64,000 nt of DNA, from assembly GCA_965652295.1 (NCBI GenBank), contig CBFGTS010000004.1, forward strand, positions 128,001 through 192,000. The letters are read 5' to 3'. This DNA is from an uncultured Haloferula sp. (lineage in GTDB: Bacteria > Verrucomicrobiota > Verrucomicrobiia > Verrucomicrobiales > Akkermansiaceae). Below are positions 30,524 through 41,729 of this stretch, in pieces. Under the pieces are notes generated by a model that was given only the letters and a program-made list of their open reading frames with translations, was not told where the DNA came from and did not search any database. The number at the start of each line of letters is the position of its first letter. Position 1 is the first letter of the stretch. The translations under genes and the position numbers were made by a program.

Positions 30524-31099
30524 ATGATGGTGGAATCGTCCGAACCCGAACTGATGAGCCGACTGGCCGCCGGGGATGATCTCGCGCTGAACATCCTGAT
30601 GGATCGCTGGGGGCCGAGAGTGGCCGCGTTCCTTCACAAAATGACCGGTAGCCGGGATACGGCCTTGGATCTTGCGCAGGAGACATTCGTGAAACTCTAT
30701 CAGGCGCGCGACCGGTACCGGCCTAGTGGGTCCTTCAGCACCTATTTGTTCGCGATCGCGTCGAATCTCGCTCGCAATCATGCCCGATGGAGAAACCGGC
30801 ACCCGACCCTTTCCCTTGATGTGGCTTCCGAGGATGGAGGAATCGTCGTAGCGGAAGCGAAGGATCCGGACCAGACACCGGAAGAAGCCGCCCAAACCGC
30901 TGAGAAGATGCGGGCGGTCCACGCCGCGTTCCTCCTGTTGCCGGAAGATCTGCGTGAAGCCATGACCCTGTTTGTTCACGAGGGCATGGCTTACGCCGAA
31001 ATCGCCGCGATCGCCGGATGCTCGCCCAAGGCGGTCGAGACCCGGATTTATCGGGCGAGGCTGATCCTTCGGGAGCAACTCAAGGATCTCACTTCCTGA
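30524..31099 (+). CDS. ECF RNA polymerase sigma factor (CnrH-like)
   Basis: DLAQETFVKLY, FSTYLFAIASN, YAEIA..AGCSPKAVETRIYRAR. Confidence 0.9.
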   Translation: MMVESSEPELMSRLAAGDDLALNILMDRWGPRVAAFLHKMTGSRDTALDLAQETFVKLYQARDRYRPSGSFSTYLFAIASNLARNHARWRNRHPTLSLDVASEDGGIVVAEAKDPDQTPEEAAQTAEKMRAVHAAFLLLPEDLREAMTLFVHEGMAYAEIAAIAGCSPKAVETRIYRARLILREQLKDLTS

Positions 31100-31120
31100 T
31101 ATCTCCGGCACCGGGTGGAT

Positions 31121-33485
<2,365 letters not shown>

Positions 33486-33493
<8 letters not shown>

Positions 33494-33932
33494 GGCAGGG
33501 GTCTCCGGTTGGGTGGTTTTTCGATCCGAGGAATTCGGCGATCGGGCAGCCGTGCAGGGCGCCCTTTCCGTTGCAGCGATCGACCAGTGCCCCGAGCGCT
33601 TGTTCCATCGCTTGCAGGGCCTGGATTTTGCCGCGGATGTGATCGAGCCGTGCCTGGGCGAACGACTTCACCTCGCGCCGCGGAGTCAGAATGCTCCCGG
33701 TGAGCTGCAAGAGCTGCTTGATGTCCTGAAGGCTGAAACCCAGCTCCTGTGAACGGCGGATGAAGTGGAGGCGGGCCAGGTCTTTCTCATCGTAGATTCG
33801 GTAGCCGGATCCATTTCGCTCGGGAGGCGGCAAAAGGCCCTTCTGCTCATAGAACCTGAGGGTCTCCGCACCCACGCCGGCCCTTCTTGCCAGCCTGGAG
33901 CGGGTCCACGTCGAGGGTGCTTGTTCTTTCAT
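33486..33932 (-). CDS. MerR family metal-responsive regulator
   Basis: [28 protein letters not shown]-terminal [12 protein letters not shown]. Confidence 0.92.
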
Positions 33933-33939
33933 CGGTCTC

Positions 33940-33971
33940 ACCCTGCACCCTGTAGCATGATCCAGGGTCAA
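33940..33971 (-). promoter_or_regulatory. MerR-type promoter and operator
   Basis: TTGACC-N20-CAGGGT on the - strand, with 22-bp dyad ACCCTGgA...TaCAGGGT at 33947-33968. Confidence 0.8.
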
Positions 33972-34052
33972 TCGGAAATCATTGGGTGATGAGAATCCGC
34001 ATCCGAGCGGAAGCCTGCTGCGGCCCGGCACCGACGGGCCGCTTGAAGAAAA

Positions 34053-35084
34053 TCAGGCTCGGAGGAACGGTGGCACCGCCACCGAGCCCCCCTTCGCGGG
34101 CGAAATTTCGTCGATGCGTGCGAGGAGGTCCTCGCTGAGTTCGGATGCCTGGAGGGCGGCGAGCGAGTCATCGAGCTGGGCGACGGTGCGGGCACCGATG
34201 AGGGCGGAGACGACGGGCTTTTTCGTCAGCACCCAGCGCAGGGCGAGGTGGTGGAGCGGCATGCCGGCTTCCCGCGCGAGGGCGTCGAGGGCGAGCAGCT
34301 TGTCTTGGGCATCATGGACCTGGCCGGTTTTCAAAAACCCTTCCTCGCGGGCGGCGCGGGAACCGGCGGGGATGCCGTGGATGTATTTGCCGGTGAGCAT
34401 GCCCTGGGCGAGCGGGCTGAAGACGATCGAGCCGATGCCTTTTTCGTCGAGCCAGTCGTGGATGCCTTTGCTTTCCGGCCAACGGTTGAGGATCGAGTAG
34501 GGCGGCTGATAGATAAGGCAGCGCACGCCCATGTCTTTGAGGATGGAAACGGCACGCTTGAGGCGTTTCGGCGGATATTTCGAGAGACCGACGTAGAGCG
34601 CCTTGCCCTGTTGGACGGCGGTGGCGAGGGCCGACATGGTTTCCTCCAGCGGTGTCGCGGGATCCGGGCGGTGGGAATAGAAGATATCGACGTATTCGAG
34701 TCGCAGACGCTTGAGCGATTGGTCGAGCGAGGAGAGGAGGTGCTTGCGCGAGCCCCACTCGCCGTAGGGGCCCTGCCACATATCGTGGCCGGCCTTGGTG
34801 GAGATGATGAGTTCGTCGCGATGGCAGGCAAAGTCCTCGGAAAGATAGCGGCCGACGTTTTCCTCGGCGCTGCCGTAGGGAGGGCCGTAGTTGTTGGCGA
34901 GGTCGAAATGGGTGATGCCGCGGTCGAAAGCGCGGCGGAGGATGGCGCGGGCTTCGTGCTGGTCATCGGTGTGGCCGAAGTTGTGCCAGCAGCCGAGGGA
35001 GATTTCGGGGAGAAGCAGCCCGGACTTGCCGCAACGGCGGTAGGGCATGCGGCCATCGTAGCGGTGGGGATCGGCGGAATACAT
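34053..35084 (-). CDS. Aldo/keto reductase (YghZ/L-glyceraldehyde-3-phosphate reductase-like)
   Basis: GITHFDLANNYGPPYGSAE, IISTKAG, LDQSLKRL.LEYVDIFYSHR, FSPLAQG. Confidence 0.92.
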   Translation of the reverse strand: MYSADPHRYDGRMPYRRCGKSGLLLPEISLGCWHNFGHTDDQHEARAILRRAFDRGITHFDLANNYGPPYGSAEENVGRYLSEDFACHRDELIISTKAGHDMWQGPYGEWGSRKHLLSSLDQSLKRLRLEYVDIFYSHRPDPATPLEETMSALATAVQQGKALYVGLSKYPPKRLKRAVSILKDMGVRCLIYQPPYSILNRWPESKGIHDWLDEKGIGSIVFSPLAQGMLTGKYIHGIPAGSRAAREEGFLKTGQVHDAQDKLLALDALAREAGMPLHHLALRWVLTKKPVVSALIGARTVAQLDDSLAALQASELSEDLLARIDEISPAKGGSVAVPPFLRA

Positions 35085-35096
35085 GGATCGGATAGG

Positions 35097-36347
35097 TTAA
35101 AGCGAGCGCAGCGCGGCGATGCGGACGAGCACCGGCGGGTGGGAGTGATCGAGGAACACCCGCGCCGGATGCGGGGTGAGGTTGGAGAGGTTTTTGACGG
35201 ACAGCTTCTTCAGCGCGGAGATGAGTGACTCGGGCTTTTGGGTCACTTTGGCGGCGTAGGCGTCGGCTTCGAACTCATGCTTGCGCGACCAGACATTGCC
35301 AAACACGCCGAGGATGCGGCTGACGGGGGTGAAAAGGATGGCAAACAGGACGAGACCGACGTGAGGCGAAATCTCCGGCACCATGAAAGCCTCGAACAGT
35401 TCGCGGGCGAAGGCGGAGTCGGGGTCGATGACCTTTCCGAGGAGGAAAAACAGCACGGCGGTCTGGACGATGGCCATGCCGATGCGCTGGACGATGTGGC
35501 GGCACTTGAAGTGGCCGATTTCGTGGGCGAGCACGCCGACGAGTTCATCGGTGCTCTGCTCTTCGACGAGGGTGTCGTAGAGTGCGATCTTCTTGGTTTT
35601 GCCGAAGCCGGTGAAGTAGGCGTTGGCCTTGGTCGAGCGCTTCGAGCCGTCCATGACCGAGATCTCGCCGAGCGGGAAGCCGCACTTCTCGGCCATTTTC
35701 TCGATTTCGGCGCGGGTTTCGCCGTCTTCCATGGGCGTGAATTTGTTGAACAGCGGGAGGATCAGCGAGGGGGCGAGCCAGGTGAGCAGGAGCTGGACGG
35801 TGGTGAAAAGCAGCCAGGCCCAGAGCCAGGCGTTGGGGACGCTGTGGAAGATCCACAGGACGCCGGCGACCAGCGGCAGACCGAGGATGGCGGCGAGCAG
35901 CAGGCCCTTGATCTCATCGGCGACGAAGAGCTTCGGGGTCATGCGGTTGAAGCCGAACCGTTCCTCGATGACGAAGGTCGAGTAGATCGAGAGCGGGAGG
36001 TGGATGAGGTGGTTGCCGAGGAAGAGGAGGCCGAGGAAAAGCATCCCGGCGGGGATGCCATCGCCGAGCCAGCCGCGACAAAGTCCATCGAGCCAGCCGA
36101 AGCCGCCGATGAGCCAGAAGACGATCAGGGAAAAGAGCGAGACGAGTGACTCGATGATGCCGAACCGGGCGTTGACGCGGGTGTATTCGAGGGACTTGGC
36201 GTGCTCGGCGGGGTCGAGGATGCCCTCGAACTCGGCGGGGATCTCCGGCTGGAGGGCGCGGAGGTTGAGCAGGGTGACCACGAAATCGAGGTTCCAGAGG
36301 ACCAGCAGGATGATGAGGATGGCAAGGCCGAGCGCGTTCAATTCCAT
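35097..36347 (-). CDS. M48 family zinc metallopeptidase (Ste24-like)
   Basis: DGSKRSTKANAYFTG, HEIGH, EFEAD, HSHPP. Confidence 0.92.
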   Translation of the reverse strand: MELNALGLAILIILLVLWNLDFVVTLLNLRALQPEIPAEFEGILDPAEHAKSLEYTRVNARFGIIESLVSLFSLIVFWLIGGFGWLDGLCRGWLGDGIPAGMLFLGLLFLGNHLIHLPLSIYSTFVIEERFGFNRMTPKLFVADEIKGLLLAAILGLPLVAGVLWIFHSVPNAWLWAWLLFTTVQLLLTWLAPSLILPLFNKFTPMEDGETRAEIEKMAEKCGFPLGEISVMDGSKRSTKANAYFTGFGKTKKIALYDTLVEEQSTDELVGVLAHEIGHFKCRHIVQRIGMAIVQTAVLFFLLGKVIDPDSAFARELFEAFMVPEISPHVGLVLFAILFTPVSRILGVFGNVWSRKHEFEADAYAAKVTQKPESLISALKKLSVKNLSNLTPHPARVFLDHSHPPVLVRIAALRSL

Positions 36348-36523
36348 GGCGTGCGGGCAGCATGCATTGCGGGCCGCCGGCTGCAAGGGCGGGGAGGGGT
36401 TCCCGGGATTTGGAATCTGGGGCAGCCGGTGGATCGGATCCGTTTCTCCCGAAGTGCCTCTCGGCATCGGGGGGATTGTCCCTTGAGTTTCCCGCGGGGA
36501 AGTCGCAGTTTCCCGGCCTGCCC

Positions 36524-37258
36524 ATGAATCGACCGCTCCTCGCCGTCCTGACCGCCTCCTGTGCCATCGCGTTTTCGCACGCCGCGGAGGTGCCGAAAGT
36601 CCTCAGTGTCCTGCCCGAGGGAAAACTGGTGAAGGGGGCGACGATCGCCGTCGTGCCGCCCAAGGAACTCGATAAATACCTGGAAATCGTCGAGGTCGCG
36701 GCGCGCGAGAATCCGGAGTGGTTCGCCGAGCACTCGAAAAAATCGGCCCCGGGCGTGCCTTTGCCCTACGACGAAAAGCTGGGGCTGACGAAGGAACAGT
36801 ACGACGACTATCTGGCGATCTGGGCGAAGCGCGAATTCCGGGCCGTGGAGCCGATCATCCTCCAGCTCAAGCCGACCGACGACGGAATGTGGAAGATCAC
36901 GACCGCCGGTGGGGCCCATTCGATTTCCACGCTGAAGTATGACCCGAAGAAGGACGTGATCGTTTCGCCCAACGGCGAGATGGAGCGGCTGGAAGATGTG
37001 AAGGCGGAGAAGGATTCGATCCTGGGCGCGTGGGAAGGCCACGAGTGGCGCTTTCAGGAGGAATCGAGCCTGGGCAAGACCAAGGAGAATTTCGCGATCG
37101 GAAAGACCAGCGACGGCGTCTACGGCATGTTGGTTTACCGCATGCAGGAGGTGTCGGCCGAGGGCACGCCGCTCTACGACAACAGCATCGTGATCCGATT
37201 TCCCTTGGGCGATGCGGGGCTCCTCAACGAGGAGGAGCTGCAGAAGCCGGCGCGCTGA
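36524..37258 (+). CDS. Secreted hypothetical protein
   Basis: Signal peptide (SHA); coding-like codon usage; no family recognised. Confidence 0.75.
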   Translation: MNRPLLAVLTASCAIAFSHAAEVPKVLSVLPEGKLVKGATIAVVPPKELDKYLEIVEVAARENPEWFAEHSKKSAPGVPLPYDEKLGLTKEQYDDYLAIWAKREFRAVEPIILQLKPTDDGMWKITTAGGAHSISTLKYDPKKDVIVSPNGEMERLEDVKAEKDSILGAWEGHEWRFQEESSLGKTKENFAIGKTSDGVYGMLVYRMQEVSAEGTPLYDNSIVIRFPLGDAGLLNEEELQKPAR

Positions 37259-37265
37259 TCCGGCG

Positions 37266-37823
37266 ATGAGGATCATCTCTGGAAAGGCGGGTCGGGTGGC
37301 GATCCGGGTGCCCGGCGATGTGGCGCGGCCGACCACGGATTTCGTCCGTCAGGCGGTGTTTTCCATTCTCGGCGAAAAGGTCGAGGGCGCGCGGGTGGCG
37401 GACCTTTTCGCGGGTTCCGGCGCGCTGGGGCTGGAAGCGCTGAGCCGGGGTGCTGCCAGCTGCGAATTCGTGGAGCAGAACCGCAAGGCGACCGGGGTGA
37501 TCCACGCCAATTTGGAGAAGGCTCGGCTCGATGGCGGGCGGGTGACGTCCGGAGACGTCCATGCGTGGGTCAAGCGTGGTTCGGGGAGCTTCGATCTGGT
37601 TTTCGCGGATCCGCCTTATGCAAAGACGAAGCTGGATCGCGATCATCTGGCGGAGTTGTTGGGTTCGCCCGCTGCAGCGGCAATGCTGGCACCGGGGGGC
37701 TATTGGGTGGCCGAGCAGGCGGCCGAGAGCGAACCGCCGCGGGCCGAAGGGCTGCGGTTGCTGGACCGGCGGGTTTACGGCGGCAGCGCCATCCTGCTTT
37801 ACGCTCATCCCGCGGAATCCTAG
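37266..37823 (+). CDS. rsmD: 16S rRNA (guanine966-N2)-methyltransferase
   Basis: MRIISG, RPTTD.VR, DLFAGSGALGLEALSRGA, DPPY. Confidence 0.93.
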   Translation: MRIISGKAGRVAIRVPGDVARPTTDFVRQAVFSILGEKVEGARVADLFAGSGALGLEALSRGAASCEFVEQNRKATGVIHANLEKARLDGGRVTSGDVHAWVKRGSGSFDLVFADPPYAKTKLDRDHLAELLGSPAAAAMLAPGGYWVAEQAAESEPPRAEGLRLLDRRVYGGSAILLYAHPAES

Positions 37824-37835
37824 CTTCGCCATCCG

Positions 37836-39098
37836 ATGGAGGGGCCGCTGATCATCTACCGGTTGCTGTTGCCGGTTTACGTGCTGATGGCAGGACCCGG
37901 CTGGTGGCTGAAAATGGTCCGCCGCGGCGGGTTCCGCAGCGGATTGGGCGAGCGGTTCGGCTTCTATCCGGACGAGCTGGAATACGAGCCTTGCGGCGCG
38001 ACGCATGTCCATGCGGTGAGCGTGGGCGAGGCGCTGCTGGCGCTGAAATTGATCCGCGCATGGCAGGTGAAGGAGCCGGCAAAACGCTTCGTGCTGGCGG
38101 TTGCGACGGCCACGGGAAAGCAGGTCGCGATGGCGAATGCTCCGGAGGGCGTGCGGGTGGTGTATCAGCCGGTGGACTTCCGTTTCCTGGTGCGCCGCTA
38201 TGTCGCGCGCTTCGAACCGGAGCAGATCGTGTTGGTGGAGGGGGAAATGTGGCCGCATCTGTTGCTCGAATGCGCCAGGCGGGACGTGCCGGTCCGGCTT
38301 GTCAACGCGCGGATGTCGCCGCGCTCGCGTCGCCGTTATCGCAAGCTGGCTTTTTGGGTGAGGCCGTTTTTCAGGCATCTCGACCGCGTCGCGGTGCAGG
38401 AGGCGGAGGACGCCGCGATCTGGTCGGAGCTGGGTGTCGCGGCGGACAAGGTGCGGGTGACCGGCAGTTTGAAGTTTGATCCGGGACCGCGACGGGAGAT
38501 CGAGGTGCCGGCGGATTTCCGGGCGATGATCGGGGCGATGGATGAGGGGCGGCCGGTGGTGCTGGCGGCGAGCACCCACGCCGGCGAGGAGGCCTTGCTG
38601 GCGGTGGCGATCGACGAGGCGGGTGGCTTTCCGCTGATCGTGCCCCGCCACGCGGAACGTCGCGCGGAGGTCCGGGAGAGCTTGGAAAAGGCGGGCTTCG
38701 CGGTGGCCTTGAGGTCGGGTTTTTCAGCCCCGGCCGGAGCGCGGAAAGTGCTGGTGGTCGATAGCACCGGCGAGCTGCGCGCGTGGACGGCGGCGGCCGG
38801 CGTGGTGATCATCGGGAAGAGCTTTCTCGCCGAAGGCGGACAGAACCCGGCCGAGGCGATCGAAGCGGGCAAGGCCGTGGTGTTCGGTCCGCACATGGAG
38901 AACTTCGAGCCGCTGGCCACGCGGCTGGAGGAGCGGGGTGGCGCGATGCGGGTCGGGGCGGCGGCGCTTCCGGGTAGCCTGCGGGAGCTTTTGAGAAACC
39001 CGGCGCGGCGCGAGGAAATGGCGGAAGCGGGGCGGGAGGTGCTTTCGCAGCACGAGGGTGCGGTGGCGCGGGTGATCGATCTTCTGGGCGGGCGGTGA
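37836..39098 (+). CDS. waaA: 3-deoxy-D-manno-octulosonic acid transferase
   Basis: HAVSVGE, E.EMWP, VNARMS, GSLKFD, ASTH.GEE, VPRHAER, GGQNP.E. Confidence 0.92.
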   Translation: MEGPLIIYRLLLPVYVLMAGPGWWLKMVRRGGFRSGLGERFGFYPDELEYEPCGATHVHAVSVGEALLALKLIRAWQVKEPAKRFVLAVATATGKQVAMANAPEGVRVVYQPVDFRFLVRRYVARFEPEQIVLVEGEMWPHLLLECARRDVPVRLVNARMSPRSRRRYRKLAFWVRPFFRHLDRVAVQEAEDAAIWSELGVAADKVRVTGSLKFDPGPRREIEVPADFRAMIGAMDEGRPVVLAASTHAGEEALLAVAIDEAGGFPLIVPRHAERRAEVRESLEKAGFAVALRSGFSAPAGARKVLVVDSTGELRAWTAAAGVVIIGKSFLAEGGQNPAEAIEAGKAVVFGPHMENFEPLATRLEERGGAMRVGAAALPGSLRELLRNPARREEMAEAGREVLSQHEGAVARVIDLLGGR

Positions 39099-39205
39099 AG
39101 CCAGACCCTGCCGGAGGTGGGAGGGGCGTTTTTCCTTCCGAGCCCCCCGGAGATTCGTATCACGACGAGTTTGTCATTCCCGGATCGGTCGCTAGAGTCG
39201 CGGGC

Positions 39206-40750
39206 GTGACCGACCCATCCAATGAGCAGGACGACCTGCTGTCGGCGTTCCACCTGGGCCCCTCCTGGGCCCGCGAGAGCGCACCGGTAAAGAAGTACGA
39301 GGATCATCGTGGCGATGACGATCGCCCGCGCCGCGGACGCGGCGGGCCCGGAGGTCCGGGCGGAGGCGGTGGCCGCCGTCAAGGTGGGGGACGCGGGCGG
39401 GATGATCGCCGGGACGACCGTCGTGACGATCGACGGGATGACCGTCGCGGAAAGTTTTCCGGTCGGCGCGACGGTGATCAACGTCGCGAACTCCCCGATC
39501 CGGCGCCGGGCGTGAAGGTCACTCTCCAACCTGCGGCCGAGGCGGCCCACCGGATGGTGAAGGAGATCCAGCACCGGGCGCGGGTCTACTCGCTGTTCGA
39601 CGTTTCGAAGATGTTTCTCAACCATCGCTCCAGCTACCTGCTGGAGGTCGCCATGGACCCGGCGAATCCGCCGATGTTCCGCGGCCTGAAGGACGCCTCG
39701 CTTTTCCTGACGAAGGACGAAGCGGTGGCTCATTTCCTTGCCTCGCCGGTGTTCGGCGAGTGTTACGAGAGCGAGGAGGTCGAAACCGAGGCCCCCGCGG
39801 GGAACTTCCAGGTGGTTGCGAAGTGCGGACTGTCCGGCGAATGGCTCGGCCCGCCGAATTTTCACGCCTATCAAGCGAACCTGCGACGCCTGCATCGCGA
39901 GCGATTTTCCAACATGCCCTTCGATCGCTACGTTTCCAAGGTGCGCACCGAACGGGGCGAGGAGGCGGTGAACGCGTGGCTGGAGAGCATGAAGGTGCGG
40001 ACGCGCTGGCGTCCGAAGGGCGGGGATGACGATTCGTGGACTTTCGAGCGAGCCGAGATGGATCGCGATTTCGTCCAGAACCGTTTCGGGGAATTCTTCG
40101 AGGAAACGCACAAGGCGGAGCTGCCCGGCGATATCGACGCCCGCTCGCTTTCCCTCGGGATTCTCGCCGCGGTGAGAATTGCCGGCAGCCACGCGCGCAA
40201 GCATCCCGCCATGATGATCCCGGCGCTGTGCCGGGCGCTGGAGTCGGATCACCTCGCGATCTTCAAGACCAAAGGCAAACTCTACTGCGGACCGGCTCGA
40301 CCGCATCCGCTGGTGACCTTCGACGACCTTTCGGAGCGTCCCGCGGCGATCGTCCGGTTCCTTGACACGCATCCGGATGCGAAGCTGAAGGAACTCTGGA
40401 AGGAGCTTTTGCCGGAAGGCATCGAGGAACCGCCCAAGGAATGGCTGGTCGACCTCTTCTGGCTGCTTACCCAGGGCCATGTCCTGCTTTTCGACGATGG
40501 AAAATTGGTGCTGCCGAAGCGCAAGCCATCCGCCGCCGCACCCCAGGCCGCATCGCCAAAGGCGAAGAAGAAAAAGAAGAAGCCTGCTGCGAAGAAAGGG
40601 CGCAAGGCGCGCTTCAAGAGCCAGGGCGGACTGGTGCGCGGCATCAGCCGCATGAAGCCCAGCCAGCTCAAGCGCTTGCGCGGGACCGCCCGGCTGTGGG
40701 CCCGTCGCTTGGAGCGGCGCGACAGAATTGCCTCGCTGCAGGACGATTGA
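39206..40750 (+). CDS. Hypothetical protein with RG/RDDR-rich N-terminus and Lys-rich C-terminus
   Basis: Long ORF with coding-like usage. GTG start inferred (ORF extends to 39095). Confidence 0.78.
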   Translation: MTDPSNEQDDLLSAFHLGPSWARESAPVKKYEDHRGDDDRPRRGRGGPGGPGGGGGRRQGGGRGRDDRRDDRRDDRRDDRRGKFSGRRDGDQRRELPDPAPGVKVTLQPAAEAAHRMVKEIQHRARVYSLFDVSKMFLNHRSSYLLEVAMDPANPPMFRGLKDASLFLTKDEAVAHFLASPVFGECYESEEVETEAPAGNFQVVAKCGLSGEWLGPPNFHAYQANLRRLHRERFSNMPFDRYVSKVRTERGEEAVNAWLESMKVRTRWRPKGGDDDSWTFERAEMDRDFVQNRFGEFFEETHKAELPGDIDARSLSLGILAAVRIAGSHARKHPAMMIPALCRALESDHLAIFKTKGKLYCGPARPHPLVTFDDLSERPAAIVRFLDTHPDAKLKELWKELLPEGIEEPPKEWLVDLFWLLTQGHVLLFDDGKLVLPKRKPSAAAPQAASPKAKKKKKKPAAKKGRKARFKSQGGLVRGISRMKPSQLKRLRGTARLWARRLERRDRIASLQDD

Positions 40751-40861
40751 TTTTGCGGTTCATGGAGGGGGTGGGATAGGTGGAAGTGGATTTCCCGGGC
40801 TTGTTGCTCCCGGGTCACGCCGCTAGATCGTCGGCAACCCACTCAACCCACTGCACCACTC

Positions 40862-41725
40862 ATGCCCAATCCCTGGACCGGAACCGGAAATCCCTACACC
40901 CGCGCGGAAGTCATCGAACGCCTTCAGGACACTCTTTCCAAGGGTGAGCCGATCATCGCCGCGGGAGCGGGAACCGGCATCAGCGCCAAATTCATCGAAA
41001 AAGGCGGCGCCGATCTGATCATCATCTACAATTCGGGCCGCTTCCGGATGATGGGCCACGGATCGACCGCAGGCATGATGGCTTACGGCGATGCGAACGC
41101 AATCGCCATGGAAATCGGCGAGTTCGAGGTCCTGCCGGTGGTGGAAGAAATTCCGGTGATCTGTGGGGTCCACGCCACCGATCCGCGCCGCCGGATGTGG
41201 CATTGGTTGCTCAAGGTGAAGGAGATGGGCTTCTCCGGCGTGAACAATTTTCCGACCCACACGATCGTCGACGGGCACTTCCGCGGTGTGCTGGAGGAGA
41301 CGGGAATGAGTGTCGAAAAGGAGTTCGACATGGTCGGCCTGGCGGGCCGCATGGATCTCTTTTCCATCGTCTATGTAGGCTCTCCGGAGGAGGCGAAGCG
41401 GATGGCCGAGAACGGTGCAGACGCGATCATCGCCCATGTCGGGACGACGGTCGGCGGTTCGATCGGGGTGACCGGTGCGGTGGCCACTTGGGAAGATACC
41501 GTCCATCGGACGCAGCAGATCATCGATGCCGCCAAGAGCGTTCGGGATGACATTTTCTACCTTTGCCATGGCGGCCCGATCAACACCCCCGAAGATGTGG
41601 AGCGGATGTTGGCGGCGACCGACTGCGTCGGTTTCGTCGGGGCGTCGAGCCTTGAGCGGATGGGGGTGGAGGAGTCGTTGACGAGTCTGACTCGCGAGTT
41701 CAAATCGGTGTCGCTGAAGCGCTGA
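40862..41725 (+). CDS. TIM-barrel signal transduction / PEP-hydrolase family protein
   Basis: GAGTGISAK, DLIIIYNSGRFRM, AYGDAN, GFSGVNNFPT, LCHGGPI, GASSLER. Confidence 0.9.
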   Translation: MPNPWTGTGNPYTRAEVIERLQDTLSKGEPIIAAGAGTGISAKFIEKGGADLIIIYNSGRFRMMGHGSTAGMMAYGDANAIAMEIGEFEVLPVVEEIPVICGVHATDPRRRMWHWLLKVKEMGFSGVNNFPTHTIVDGHFRGVLEETGMSVEKEFDMVGLAGRMDLFSIVYVGSPEEAKRMAENGADAIIAHVGTTVGGSIGVTGAVATWEDTVHRTQQIIDAAKSVRDDIFYLCHGGPINTPEDVERMLAATDCVGFVGASSLERMGVEESLTSLTREFKSVSLKR

Positions 41726-41729
41726 GGTC

